Program-made: the position numbers and the translations under genes | The notes under the pieces: model-generated | What the model saw: the letters and a program-made list of their open reading frames with translations, nothing else | Database searches by the model: none | Told to the model about the DNA's origin: nothing | Part shown: piece after piece, positions 48,780-59,273 of the stretch | How the letters are laid out: each line of letters opens with the position of its first letter | Position numbering within the stretch: position 1 is the stretch's first letter | Source: Patescibacteria group bacterium | GTDB taxonomy: Bacteria > Patescibacteriota > Minisyncoccia > Minisyncoccales > Staskawiczbacteraceae | Reading direction: 5' to 3' | NCBI GenBank assembly: GCA_018829965.1 | Contig: JAHJTG010000016.1 | Span: 29,537 to 93,536, forward strand | Length of the DNA stretch: 64,000 bases

Positions 48780-49484
48780 ATGAGCATTTCAATTATTATC
48801 CCTTTTTATAATGAAGAGGATTGCATAGAAGATTGTATTTTACAGACAAAAAAAGTTTTTAAAAAAACTGACTATGAGATAATAGCCGTCAACGACGGCA
48901 GTAAAGATAATTCTCATAATATAGTTTCAAAAATTACCGAAACCAACCCAAAAATAAAATGCATATCTTGCTCACAAAATAAAGGTTATTCTAATGCTAT
49001 TCAAGAAGGTATAAAAAACTCTATTAAAGATTACGTTTCTTTTATTGACGCTGACCTTCAATATCCGCCAGAAGAATTAATGAAAATGTATGATTTTGCC
49101 CTAAAAAACGATTTGAAATTCGTTATAGGCGCTCCTCAAAAAAAATATCAAAAACCTATTAGGATGCTGCTTTCTTCCGCCTATAACTCTTATATTGCCC
49201 TACTTTTCGGATTAAAATTGAAAGATGCTAATTCTTTGAAACTGATGAAAAGAGAAAATCTTGAAAAAATAAATTTTAGATACGGATATGGAATGATTGA
49301 AATTGAGGTATTGCTCGGTTTTAAAATGCAAGGAATACCCATAAACACTTATCCAATAAATGTCCGAGAAAGAATCGCAGGCAAATCAAAGTGTAGTTTT
49401 AAAATAATTTATCGTACCCTTATAGATTGCGCAAAGCTTAGATTCTTAAAAAATAAACTATTGAAAAATGTTCAACCAAATTAA
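48780..49484 (+). CDS. GT2 glycosyltransferase (polyprenol-phosphate sugar synthase-like)
   Basis: IIIPFYNEE, VNDGSKD, NKGY, IDADLQ, RIAGKSK. Confidence 0.9.
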   Translation: MSISIIIPFYNEEDCIEDCILQTKKVFKKTDYEIIAVNDGSKDNSHNIVSKITETNPKIKCISCSQNKGYSNAIQEGIKNSIKDYVSFIDADLQYPPEELMKMYDFALKNDLKFVIGAPQKKYQKPIRMLLSSAYNSYIALLFGLKLKDANSLKLMKRENLEKINFRYGYGMIEIEVLLGFKMQGIPINTYPINVRERIAGKSKCSFKIIYRTLIDCAKLRFLKNKLLKNVQPN

Positions 49485-50610
49485 AAAAAGCGATATTCTC
49501 AAAATCTCTTTAATTCTATTAGTTTTAATCTCTTCGGTTCTTTTTCTATACCGCCCTCATTTTAAAATAAATTTTGGCGGTGGAGATAATTTAGAATGGT
49601 ATGAAGAGGCCAAAGAAAGAGACACTTTGACAAAAATTTTCGATTTTCAATACTATTCTGGGAGATATGGTCCCAGCTCTTATTTTAACCCAGTCCAGTT
49701 GGTCATTTGGCGATACATGACAACTAATTATGGACAGCGGTCATATCCCTACCATTTTCTCTGTATTTTAATTCATTTAATTAATGTCGTTCTCGTCTTT
49801 TTTATTCTTAATAATTTTATTAAAAATAAATTCTTTTCTTTTTCAGCGACTTTAAGTTTTGCAATTTACTATCTAAATTTTAAAACGATCGGCTGGATTG
49901 CGGCGACAATTACTACAGGTTTAACCGCTTTTTTCTTGCTTTCCACTTTCTTATTATTTTTGAAATATTTTCAAACAAAAAATAGATTATTGTATTTTTT
50001 ATCGTTATTAACTTTCCTTATAGGAACTTTTGCAAAAGAAACCGTTGTATTTGTGGCTCCTATATTATTGACTTATTATCTTACGACTCAGAGAAAAAAG
50101 ATTTTCAAATTTATAAAAACTGATTTGATTTTCTTACCTTATTTAGTGTTATCACTGCCTATAATCTTAATTACCTCTACGAGACTAAGTAGTTCTGCGC
50201 TAATTAATAATTGGGGCGGATTTAATTTTGGAATACATATGTTTTATAGGTTTATTGATTTTCTTATTTATCTAATTACTGTAATCCCCGTATCTTTTAA
50301 TATTCAAATAACTATTACGATGTTTATTTTAATTTCTTTCCCCATTTTAATTTATTATGGAATAAAAGATAAAAATTTATTATTTCTCGCTATCTGTTTA
50401 TTCTTATTAATTTTAATTTATATTTACTCTAATTTCCGCGATATTTATAATTTAGGTAGATATTTATATCTGCCTTCAGTCGCCTGGTTTGGTCTGCTGT
50501 ATTACATAGTTTCAAATATAAAAAACCTAAAAATAAAAATACTAAGCTCTTTCTGTTTAATCAACTACACAATAATCTTGAATCTATTTTTAATATTAAC
50601 AAAAGGATGA
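49468..50610 (+). CDS. multi-TM membrane protein, probable GT-C glycosyltransferase
   Basis: GDNLEW, YFNP, YHFL...HLIN, AKET, RYLYLP. Confidence 0.65.
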   Translation: MFNQIKKSDILKISLILLVLISSVLFLYRPHFKINFGGGDNLEWYEEAKERDTLTKIFDFQYYSGRYGPSSYFNPVQLVIWRYMTTNYGQRSYPYHFLCILIHLINVVLVFFILNNFIKNKFFSFSATLSFAIYYLNFKTIGWIAATITTGLTAFFLLSTFLLFLKYFQTKNRLLYFLSLLTFLIGTFAKETVVFVAPILLTYYLTTQRKKIFKFIKTDLIFLPYLVLSLPIILITSTRLSSSALINNWGGFNFGIHMFYRFIDFLIYLITVIPVSFNIQITITMFILISFPILIYYGIKDKNLLFLAICLFLLILIYIYSNFRDIYNLGRYLYLPSVAWFGLLYYIVSNIKNLKIKILSSFCLINYTIILNLFLILTKG

Positions 50611-50981
50611 AAGATAAATTAAAAAAACTGATTCCAATTTTTATCCTTACTTATTGCCTGATTATTGTTCCGACTATTTTGTATAAATATAGTGTTTATT
50701 TAGATAAACCAAATAATTATATATGGGAGCAAGTAAAAGAATATCTAATCTATTCCGGAAAATATAATAATGAACCGATTGTTTTTAATCCAAGCTGGTT
50801 AAAAAACTATGCTACCGACTATAGTCGATTCCAAAAATTTAATATTGTGAGAAAAAATAATAATTTTTACAGTTATTGGTTAATTTCGATGGATAAAAAA
50901 TCCGTCCCAAAAAATTATCAGGCGGTTGCAACTAAGGAAATTAAAAATTTATTTGTCTTTAAATTAATACAGGTAAAATGA
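50607..50981 (+). CDS. hypothetical membrane-anchored protein
   Basis: ATGA overlaps with both neighbours; N-terminal TM. Confidence 0.7.
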   Translation: MKDKLKKLIPIFILTYCLIIVPTILYKYSVYLDKPNNYIWEQVKEYLIYSGKYNNEPIVFNPSWLKNYATDYSRFQKFNIVRKNNNFYSYWLISMDKKSVPKNYQAVATKEIKNLFVFKLIQVK

Positions 50982-51763
50982 TTGCTTTAACAATAGATTG
51001 CGAACAATGGAACTGCCCTTTATTAGAAGGGAAAAAAGTTAATGAAAATAACGAAACTTCTTTCAGTAAAAAAGGAAATGAAATTATTTTGGATTTGCTT
51101 GATAAATATAAAATAAAAGCCACTTTTTTTATTACAGGATACTTTGCCGAAAAAGAGCCTGAACAGGTAAGGCTTATAAAAGAAAACGGCCATGAAATCG
51201 CCTGCCACGGATATAATCATTTTTATCGCGACAATAAAGATTTAGATATAAAACAAGACATAGTTAAAGCAAAAGGAATTCTGGAAAAAATAACCGGGGA
51301 AAACATAAAAGGTTTCCGAGCGCCGCAAATGCAGTACTCTGAAAAACTAATTGAAATATTAGACGATTTAAATTTTAAATATGACAGCTCCCTACATCCC
51401 TGTTATCTGCCGGGATATTACAATAATTTAACTAAACCGACTGAAATCTTCAAACCATTAGAAAATTGTGACGTTATAGAAATACCCGCTTCGGTCAGCT
51501 CTTTTCGTTTTCCAATCAGCTGGTTATTTATTAGATTATTCGGCATCAACCGAGTAATTATCGCTTGTAAAAAGTTACTGAAAAAAAATATGAGACCGGT
51601 TCTATATTTCCACTCTTGGGAATTTATTGAAATGGAAAGTAAATATGTGCCTTTTTATTATAACTTTCACACCGGCAAATCTTTCGCGAAAGACATTGAA
51701 AAATTAATACGCGAATTTAAAAACGCTCCTTTTGTGCCCTTAGAAACCTTAATTAAAATTTAG
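50978..51763 (+). CDS. polysaccharide deacetylase (CE4)
   Basis: LTIDCE, KATFF, HEIACHGYNH, GFRAP, YDSS, YFHSWEF. Confidence 0.9.
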   Translation: MIALTIDCEQWNCPLLEGKKVNENNETSFSKKGNEIILDLLDKYKIKATFFITGYFAEKEPEQVRLIKENGHEIACHGYNHFYRDNKDLDIKQDIVKAKGILEKITGENIKGFRAPQMQYSEKLIEILDDLNFKYDSSLHPCYLPGYYNNLTKPTEIFKPLENCDVIEIPASVSSFRFPISWLFIRLFGINRVIIACKKLLKKNMRPVLYFHSWEFIEMESKYVPFYYNFHTGKSFAKDIEKLIREFKNAPFVPLETLIKI

Positions 51764-52486
51764 ATGACGAGTGTAAAAAATTATATTATTGTAATCCCAG
51801 TATTTAATGAGGAAAAAAGAGTTGAAAAAGGGATTTTAGGATTAGAAAATTTTGTTTATCACAAATTAAAGGAATATCCGATTAAAATTATTATCGCTGA
51901 TGGAAAGAGCACTGATAAAACAACTGAAATTGTTAAAAAGTTGGAAAAAAAGTTTAATAACCTGCGATTAAAAGAAATCGGAAGAAAAGGGAAAGGATTT
52001 CAATTAAAAAAAACATTTTTAGAAGAAAAAGCTGATTTTTTTATTCAAATGGATATTGACTTAGCAGTTCCTTTAAAATATATGGAAGAATTAATTTTTT
52101 GGTTAGAAAAAGGTTGCGATATAGTAATCGGCTCAAGATTTAAAAAAGAAAGTAAAGTAAAAAGAAGTATTTATAGAAGAATATTAAGTTCAGGTTATAG
52201 TTTTCTAGTAAGATTATTTTTTGGAACCTCAATTATGGATTATCAATGTGGCTTTAAGGGATTAAATTCTGAAAAAATAAAGTTAGTCCTCCCTGAAACT
52301 AAAGATAATAAATGGTTTTTTGACACAGAGTTAATTTTAAGAGGATTAAAAAAAGGATTTAAAATTAAAGAAATTCCAATAGAATGGGAAGAAAAATCGA
52401 GTTCTAAGTTAAATATCTTAAAAGACGGTTTTTTAATGTTTTTTTCACTTTTGAGATTAAGGTTGAGAAACCGTAATCGAAATTAA
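51764..52486 (+). CDS. GT2 glycosyltransferase (Dol-P-glucose/mannose synthase-like)
   Basis: VIPVFNEE, DGKSTD, MDIDL, IGSR, DYQCGFK, WFFDTEL. Confidence 0.9.
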   Translation: MTSVKNYIIVIPVFNEEKRVEKGILGLENFVYHKLKEYPIKIIIADGKSTDKTTEIVKKLEKKFNNLRLKEIGRKGKGFQLKKTFLEEKADFFIQMDIDLAVPLKYMEELIFWLEKGCDIVIGSRFKKESKVKRSIYRRILSSGYSFLVRLFFGTSIMDYQCGFKGLNSEKIKLVLPETKDNKWFFDTELILRGLKKGFKIKEIPIEWEEKSSSKLNILKDGFLMFFSLLRLRLRNRNRN

Positions 52487-53764
52487 TGAACTATCGGCTA
52501 GTTCGTTAATTATATTAAGATAACTGTTTAATCCGTGGCAAACAGAGTCGGTTCTTATGTATTCCTGTCTTTGATCCCAAGGAATGCCACCGAGCGCCAT
52601 TTCTGGATTTTTAACACCAGACATACTTTCTTTTGGATAAGTGTTTTGGACGAGCCATCTTGTCGCCAAAACTACCGCCTCTTTATATTTTTCGCAGTCA
52701 TTTTTGTTTTCCTTTTGGCAAAAATCATAGAGCTCGGACATAACCTCGCTTATCCAGCCAACACCGCTGGTTGAATAAACGCCTTTCCACTGGCCATAAG
52801 TTGAAAGCTTATTCGGATCATCCATCTGGTCGTTTAAAATCCTATTAGCCATTTCAAAAACAATTTTTTCATAATAATCGCTTTTTTTAGCGCGATAAAA
52901 ATCAATCAAAGACATAACAACCCAAGAGTTTGATATAGGATTTATTTCACGGTAATCATCTTTGATATAATTTCTGCCAACTTCCTCATACTTTCCCGCT
53001 AGATATTTGGCAATATTTTCCGCTCCTTTATAATAATTTTCTTCTTTTGTCGCTAAATAAAGTCGTGAAAAAGCAGAAAGGACCTGCCCGTTATAAAGCA
53101 GAGATTCTTTTGTCCCAGAAAACCATTTTTTACTTTCACTATCGTACCTTATATAAGATTTCGTTGAACCATTGCTTTTTTTCATAGTTAACAGCCAATC
53201 CCCTGCCAACTTGGCAGATTCCAAATATTTTTTGTCGCCAGATAACTCATATAATTTTATTAAAGTAAAAATAGTTTTAGCGCTAGTGCCGGTAAAATAT
53301 TTCAGCTCTTTTTCTTTGATATCTAAATCATAAGAATAATAAAAAGCGCCAAAAACCTTTTTATCTTCTTTATTCTGCATAGAAAGGATAAAATCAGCGC
53401 TGTTATAAATTTGCTTTAAAAGTTCTTCGTCTTTTTCAGAGTTGTAAATTTTCAAAAGAGTATAAATAGTAGAAGAAGTGTAAATTGTATATAATTTATT
53501 TTCAAAAGTGTCGTCAGTTGGGTAATAATATTTATGCGCTCCATTTTCGTTTTTATCTATTGTCCTTAAAAGATAATCTTTTCCTTGCTGGATTTTTTCT
53601 TGAATTAAATTTTTATCAAGATAGCGTATTTCCGGCCATTGTCCTATGTTTTTTTCAATTTTGTTATTTATAACTGAACCTGAAAGTAGGACTGATAAAA
53701 TAATTGCCGCCAAAATTAAAATGGAGAAAATAAAAACTTTATTAAAAAATATTTTCTTGTTCAT
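52457..53764 (-). CDS. membrane-anchored protein with a probable (alpha/alpha)-toroid fold
   Basis: Repeated LYE.SGD.KYL..A...DWLL-type helices; N-terminal TM. Confidence 0.65.
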   Translation of the reverse strand: MNKKIFFNKVFIFSILILAAIILSVLLSGSVINNKIEKNIGQWPEIRYLDKNLIQEKIQQGKDYLLRTIDKNENGAHKYYYPTDDTFENKLYTIYTSSTIYTLLKIYNSEKDEELLKQIYNSADFILSMQNKEDKKVFGAFYYSYDLDIKEKELKYFTGTSAKTIFTLIKLYELSGDKKYLESAKLAGDWLLTMKKSNGSTKSYIRYDSESKKWFSGTKESLLYNGQVLSAFSRLYLATKEENYYKGAENIAKYLAGKYEEVGRNYIKDDYREINPISNSWVVMSLIDFYRAKKSDYYEKIVFEMANRILNDQMDDPNKLSTYGQWKGVYSTSGVGWISEVMSELYDFCQKENKNDCEKYKEAVVLATRWLVQNTYPKESMSGVKNPEMALGGIPWDQRQEYIRTDSVCHGLNSYLNIINELADSSLISITVSQP

Positions 53765-53821
53765 AAGCTTATCGTTAAAACTTTCTAATTTAAATAATAA
53801 CGCAAGTAGATGAGATAGTAA

Positions 53822-53953
53822 ACCTCGTTAGAAATTTTTGACGAAAAATATTTTTTCAAAATATTTTTCTCGCACTCGTAAAAAATGACCTCTAATAATC
53901 TACTTTATTTCTACAAACGGCCTTATTTTAGGCAGGCAAACTTCTAACGGGGT
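53822..53953. mobile_element. family A MITE-like element
   Basis: ACCTCGTTAGAAATTT...AAACTTCTAACGGGGT; interior TTGACGAAAAA hairpin shared with the 6376 copy. Confidence 0.7.
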
Positions 53954-54010
53954 AAATAAAAAAGGCAAAGAGATAATTTTCTTTGCCTTAAGATTTTTAC
54001 TTTGCCGGTT

Positions 54011-54889
54011 TTAATCAGCTTTTGAGATAATCGGGGTTAGCGGCAATAAAGACTTCGTAATTTCAGGTTGTTTAGATTTAGTTATTGTGTTTACATCTTC
54101 TGTCGGCGTTGTTGGCAAGTTTGCTGTTGCAGAATTTAATAATTCTGTCTCCGCGACTAATGCCTTAAAAATACGAACTACTTCAATATTTGTAGTATTA
54201 TTGGAATCAGCAGAAAACTTATCAAGTTGATCGACCACATAATTTGGATTAACGGGATGTCTCTGGCTTTTCCAGGCTAATGGGTCAAAGCGAATAGAAT
54301 TATTTGAGTCAACTAGCTTCAGTTTCTGTAGCTTAGAAATCTCAATTCTTATTTTTGGATATTTCCAAAATTTGAGAAATTCTAAAATAGCTTTTTTGTA
54401 CTCGTCGGCCGCAATGTTTTGCACAGAAACCGCTATAGTATTTTTATTTGGGAATTCTTCGCCGACCATTTTTAAGAGCTCTTTTTTCTGTTGACACTTT
54501 TCATGAATCAGTTTCGCAACCTGAGTCTCGAAAGACTTTCTTAGCACATAATTTACTTCATTATTTTCGGAAACTGGAACCCTTTCAAAAGCCTCTCTCA
54601 AATTTGCTGTTTGCACATAAAGAGGAACTAGTGAGGTTTCTTTTTTTATAACACTTGGTCTTTCCATTACCGCAGATGAGTTAATTCTCGACCTGTTCAC
54701 GATATTAAAAAATAGCACATTGCCACGAACAGGAATTAATTTTCCATCCCTTCCCTTAGGCGGTAATTTGACTGCTGCCCTTGCTGCGTCACTCACAGGA
54801 GGACATTTCCCCTTTAATTTCGGGCAAAGAAACCCGAATATGCCGAATACTACAACTACAATCCAGAGTTTGATTATTATTTTCTTCAT
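54011..54889 (-). CDS. hypothetical exported/membrane-anchored protein
   Basis: Long ORF with an N-terminal hydrophobic segment; no family recognised. Confidence 0.65.
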   Translation of the reverse strand: MKKIIIKLWIVVVVFGIFGFLCPKLKGKCPPVSDAARAAVKLPPKGRDGKLIPVRGNVLFFNIVNRSRINSSAVMERPSVIKKETSLVPLYVQTANLREAFERVPVSENNEVNYVLRKSFETQVAKLIHEKCQQKKELLKMVGEEFPNKNTIAVSVQNIAADEYKKAILEFLKFWKYPKIRIEISKLQKLKLVDSNNSIRFDPLAWKSQRHPVNPNYVVDQLDKFSADSNNTTNIEVVRIFKALVAETELLNSATANLPTTPTEDVNTITKSKQPEITKSLLPLTPIISKAD

Positions 54890-55099
54890 ATATATCCTTT
54901 CTTTCACTATTAACTTTTTAATGTTCAGATTTAATGTTTTTACATTATTTTAATTATATCACTTTGAAACACTCTGTCAATCTTTCTATCCCCTTTAAAA
55001 GATACACAGGCCTATTTGTTTACATTTGCGGTTTTATTGCTAAAAATACAAATTGACTGGAAGATAGTAGCGGAGTAAAATTAAAAAAATTGGTATTAT

Positions 55100-55828
55100 A
55101 TGAAAAATATTTCAATCGTCATCCCAGTTTATAACGAAGAAGGGATAATAAACCGAGTAATTACAACTTTGTGCGATTTCTGCAAAAAAAATCTCCGAAA
55201 TTATAATTGGAAAATAATTATTGTTGATAATAATTCAACCGACCGTACTATGGAGATAGCAAAAAATCTTGTAAAAGAATTTAACGGCGAGATTTTCTAT
55301 AAATTTATCCCTCAAAAAGGTAAGGGCTTAGCTATTAGGGAAAGCTGGAAAAGTTTTGATGCCGATATTTATGTTTTTATGGATGCCGATTTAGCCACCG
55401 ATTTATCTGCCTTACCCACTCTTATAAGGGAATTGGAAAATGATAATAATTTGGTTATAGGGTCGCGTTTCATCAAAGGTTCTTTTGTCAAGCGCTCTCT
55501 GAGTAGAGAGATAGTTTCTAGAATTTTCAGTATTATTACCCGTTTAATGTTTGGCCTTAAGATAAAAGATTACACTTGCGGTTTCAAGGGCGTTGATAAA
55601 AATGTTATAAATAAAATATTATCACAGGTTAAAAATAATACTTTCTTTTTTGATACCGAACTGGTAATCCGTTCGGCTATTGACGGATTAAAAATAAAAG
55701 AAATACCAATTATCTGGGAAGATAGGGATAAAAACAAAAGCAGGGTTAACGTTTTAAAAGTGACGAAAGAATATTTGTGCGCATTGTCAAAATTAAAAAA
55801 AGACATAAAAGCTAAAAATATTTTATGA
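55100..55828 (+). CDS. GT2 glycosyltransferase (Dol-P-mannose synthase-like)
   Basis: VIPVYNEE, DNNSTD, GKG, MDADL, IGSRF, CGFK, FFDTEL. Confidence 0.9.
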   Translation: MKNISIVIPVYNEEGIINRVITTLCDFCKKNLRNYNWKIIIVDNNSTDRTMEIAKNLVKEFNGEIFYKFIPQKGKGLAIRESWKSFDADIYVFMDADLATDLSALPTLIRELENDNNLVIGSRFIKGSFVKRSLSREIVSRIFSIITRLMFGLKIKDYTCGFKGVDKNVINKILSQVKNNTFFFDTELVIRSAIDGLKIKEIPIIWEDRDKNKSRVNVLKVTKEYLCALSKLKKDIKAKNIL

Positions 55829-57333
55829 GTTATCCTAAAAAAAGAAACATCCTGATAATTTACAGTATTATTGTTTTGATATTTTCCTATTTCACCTATT
55901 TCAAAAATTACGATTATCCTCCGGCCACTTTCTGGGACGAAGTTTATCATATTACTTCCTCTCAAAGATATATTACAGGAGTAATGTTTATGGAAGTGCA
56001 TCCGCCACTGGGAAAACTGTTTATCGCACTTGGAGAATATTTAATCCACCCAAACGATAACATTGCGCCTGAAGAGTTGCTCAAGCACACTCAAACGCAT
56101 TCTGTAGCGAAAATGGATTACATAAAAGATTTTCCGGTAGGATATTCGTTTAAAGGCGTCCGATTTTTTTCCGCTTTGTTCGCCTGGCTTTCGGCCATCG
56201 TCTTTTTTTACATACTCTATTTAATTTCCAAAAACCCTCATATTTCCCTTCTTTTTTCTTCCCTTTATATTTTTGAAAACGCCCTAATCGTCCATTCCCG
56301 CGCCGCTATGTTAGAAGGTAGTCTTTTATTTTTCGTTCTTTCGGCAATAATTTATTTTGTTTATTTAGCCCAAAAACAATCAAAAAAAACTTGGCTCAAC
56401 TATTTTATCTTAGGAATATTGGTCGGACTGGCCATATCTGTCAAAGTCACCGGAGGTATAACAGTTTTTCTATTTCCATTTCTTTTCCTTTTAGACCAAA
56501 AAGAGAAACTGAAAAACTGGAAAGAAAATAAATTACCGCTGATTAAAAAAATAATCGTTAAGGGATTAATTTTTACCAGTGGCTTTATCGCTATTTTTTG
56601 TTTGGTTTGGTATATTCATTTCTCTTTAGGCAAGACAATAATGGACAATAAATATTACAATGCATCCAATACATACAAAGAAGTTTTGAAAAATGGGGCT
56701 ACTTCTGATCTCAAGTATTTTCCGACGATGTTGAAAGACAACCTCGTTTTTATGGTTAATTACAACAAAGGCGTCCCAAAGCTTGATATCTTCAACCCGG
56801 GTGAAACCGGCAGTTATCCAATCACTTGGCCACTAGGAGAAAATTCTATAAGATATCGCTGGGAAAAAAGCGGCAATAGTGTGCGGTATATATACTTGCA
56901 GGTCAATCCAATAACTTGGTTTTTAGGGCTAGCCGGAATAATTTTGTCCTTCATTCTAATAATCGGCCGAGTGATTTTTAAAGATCCGGCTAAAAACAAA
57001 AATCTATTTTATTTCATAACAGTTTTCGCAACGCTTTATGTTATTTATATGGCAATAATGCTCCAGATAGAACGAGTAATGTATTTACACACTTACTTTA
57101 TTCCTCTTATTTTTTCTTTTATTTTAATTTTTCTCGTCTTTAATTACATTTTTGAAAGCAAAATTTTGGCTAAATCCAAAAAACTTTATCTTTGCTTAAT
57201 CCTATTTGTAATTATAATCGTCGGGGTTTACAAATTCTTCAGCCCGCTCACCTATTACCAACCGCTGACTACCGAACAATTTGAAAAACGGATGTGGTTT
57301 AATAACTTCTGGAAACTGAAACCGATAAAATAG
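55825..57333 (+). CDS. protein O-mannosyltransferase (PMT/GT39)
   Basis: FWDEVYH, EVHPPLGKL, SYPITWPL, NPITW, RVMYLHTY. Confidence 0.88.
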   Translation: MSYPKKRNILIIYSIIVLIFSYFTYFKNYDYPPATFWDEVYHITSSQRYITGVMFMEVHPPLGKLFIALGEYLIHPNDNIAPEELLKHTQTHSVAKMDYIKDFPVGYSFKGVRFFSALFAWLSAIVFFYILYLISKNPHISLLFSSLYIFENALIVHSRAAMLEGSLLFFVLSAIIYFVYLAQKQSKKTWLNYFILGILVGLAISVKVTGGITVFLFPFLFLLDQKEKLKNWKENKLPLIKKIIVKGLIFTSGFIAIFCLVWYIHFSLGKTIMDNKYYNASNTYKEVLKNGATSDLKYFPTMLKDNLVFMVNYNKGVPKLDIFNPGETGSYPITWPLGENSIRYRWEKSGNSVRYIYLQVNPITWFLGLAGIILSFILIIGRVIFKDPAKNKNLFYFITVFATLYVIYMAIMLQIERVMYLHTYFIPLIFSFILIFLVFNYIFESKILAKSKKLYLCLILFVIIIVGVYKFFSPLTYYQPLTTEQFEKRMWFNNFWKLKPIK

Positions 57334-57343
57334 TCCGCCACTA

Positions 57344-57375
57344 ACAAAAAGAGCGCCCAAGGCGCTCTTTTTGTT
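57344..57375. terminator. bidirectional intrinsic terminator
   Basis: ACAAAAAGAGCGCC-CAA-GGCGCTCTTTTTGT between convergent genes. Confidence 0.8.
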
Positions 57376-57388
57376 TTTAAATTTCTGC

Positions 57389-58663
57389 TTAAAACGGCGC
57401 GATCTCTCTCCATTTAGGCAATCCGCTTCCTCCTGATTTCACTAATATGTTATTAGGAGAAGTTAAACAATAACCGACTTCAGGATCATCAACTTTTAAC
57501 TTCATAGAGTAACTACCGCTAATATTATAGGTATGGTAAGTGTTTCCTTTATCACTGCCGACTTGACCGTCGCCAAATATCCAAGAGTATGTTATCCCGT
57601 CGCCATTTTGGCATGAATAAGAAGCACCGCTTACGTAGTAGCAAATTGACGAATCCAAGAATGTAACCAAGCTTCCAACTACAGGAACTAACGGTGAAAA
57701 ACTAAATTGAGGATAAGGCCAAGCGTGAGCAGCGGTTATAAATGTTGTTGGTATAGCAGACCAGCCAGAATCACCATGTTGGTCCCAAACTTTTGCCCGA
57801 ACATAATAAGATGTTCCGTAAGGGATGCGATCAGTAGCAGAAGGATTCAAACTTACCTGAACTATCTGGCTATTAATACTTCCTACTGGGTTTGAAACAA
57901 GAAAACTTCTGTTAATCTCTGGAGAAGAGAAATCGGAATCATTATCTACCTGAAAAGCAAAGCTTATTTCATTTTCTCCATCTATGTCGCGATATGTCCA
58001 TTGGAAAGAACCTACTATGCCATTACAATAATTTTCAGAATTAGGTACGAAAACAAAGCTTCCACTTTCAATATATGGTGACGGATTTTCTTCCTCCTCT
58101 TCTTCCTCTTCTTCCTCTTCTTCCTCTTCTTCCTCTTCTTCCTCTTCTTCCTCTTCTTCCTCTTCTTCCTCTTCTTCCTCTTCCTCCTCTTCTTCCTCTT
58201 CTTCCTCTTCTTCCTCCTCCTCCTCTTCTTCCTCTTCTTCCTCTTCTTCCTCTTCTTCACCACAAGGCCAGTCATGTTCACAATCTACAACACAACAAGG
58301 TTCGCACCAACAAACAGTTGTACAACTCTCATCACAATAAACATAACCGGTATAACACCAACTATCCCCTAGACAACACTTTTCATAAAAATAGTTGCAA
58401 GGTGGAACAGAAATTCTATCACCACAAGGTAGCCCGGATCTATCACAACAATCTTTTTCAGGGGTACCATAACCAGAACAACTTTCATCGCAACCACCAG
58501 TAGATATATTTCCAGAACAACAAGCTTCTTCAGCATCTACGTTCTCTATTTTTTCTATTTTAAAAAACCATAAACAAAAAACAATCAATGCGAATATCAA
58601 TAAAGTTGTTTTTAAAAAGGACAGGAAGGGAATTAATTGAAAATGATTTTTTCTAAAAAACAT
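57389..58663 (-). CDS. membrane-anchored protein: Cys-rich domain, 57-Glu linker, Ig-like and PKD domains
   Basis: N-terminal TM; YSWIFGDG and HTYNISGSY PKD motifs; start placed at MFFRKN. Confidence 0.8.
   Translation of the reverse strand: MFFRKNHFQLIPFLSFLKTTLLIFALIVFCLWFFKIEKIENVDAEEACCSGNISTGGCDESCSGYGTPEKDCCDRSGLPCGDRISVPPCNYFYEKCCLGDSWCYTGYVYCDESCTTVCWCEPCCVVDCEHDWPCGEEEEEEEEEEEEEEEEEEEEEEEEEEEEEEEEEEEEEEEEEEEEEEEEEEEEEEEEENPSPYIESGSFVFVPNSENYCNGIVGSFQWTYRDIDGENEISFAFQVDNDSDFSSPEINRSFLVSNPVGSINSQIVQVSLNPSATDRIPYGTSYYVRAKVWDQHGDSGWSAIPTTFITAAHAWPYPQFSFSPLVPVVGSLVTFLDSSICYYVSGASYSCQNGDGITYSWIFGDGQVGSDKGNTYHTYNISGSYSMKLKVDDPEVGYCLTSPNNILVKSGGSGLPKWREIAPF
58088..58258 (-). repeat. GAA/GAG microsatellite encoding 57 consecutive Glu
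   Basis: 171 bp, mostly a 9-bp GAAGAAGAG unit. Confidence 0.95.
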
Positions 58664-58671
58664 AAAAATAA

Positions 58672-59253
58672 TTATTGAATACCCTTTAATTCTAATAGAA
58701 CCTTTATCAAACAAGTTCGTCTTGCAAAATCAGAAACTTTAAAGCTTTTATCTTCTGAACAAAGAGCGGAGCTTTTTTCGTTAATCGCTTTTTCGGTAAG
58801 CGCTACTCCGCTCAGACACTCTTCCTTTAATTCAGGGGCGTCGATGATTTTTTCGCATATTTGAGTATCTAATATATTTATTGACTTATGAATTACGCTA
58901 GTATAGTTATCCACGGGAAAATAAATCTTTTCGTCTTTTTCTTTACATTTGCTAAAACATTCAAGCGTTAAATCTATATCTTTAATAGAACTGCAATATT
59001 TAGTAGGTTCAATTTTTAACACTTCTTTATTTTCCACCTCATAAGTATAATAACATTTATTTTGAAGCTGAAGAGATGGCGCTTTAGAGCAATCCTCAGG
59101 ATTAAAATTCTTCAAAAGAACGCTCTTTTTAATACAATCGTCGTCTTTGCACCTTTCTATGGATGGTTTTAAATAAAAAAAGGCAAAAACAGCCGTTAAT
59201 ACTAAAACTATTACTATTGAAACTACTAGTATTAAAAGCTGTTTTTTATTCAT
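58672..59253 (-). CDS. hypothetical membrane-anchored protein with paired-Cys repeats
   Basis: TM followed by repeated C-x(9-13)-C units. Confidence 0.7.
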   Translation of the reverse strand: MNKKQLLILVVSIVIVLVLTAVFAFFYLKPSIERCKDDDCIKKSVLLKNFNPEDCSKAPSLQLQNKCYYTYEVENKEVLKIEPTKYCSSIKDIDLTLECFSKCKEKDEKIYFPVDNYTSVIHKSINILDTQICEKIIDAPELKEECLSGVALTEKAINEKSSALCSEDKSFKVSDFARRTCLIKVLLELKGIQ

Positions 59254-59273
59254 TTTATTATTTTAGCACGATT

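Noticed and set aside
58015..58503. Lys/Arg-rich (58015-58281) and Leu/Pro-rich (58075-58503) ORFs
   Set aside because: Alternative frames of the GAA/GAG microsatellite
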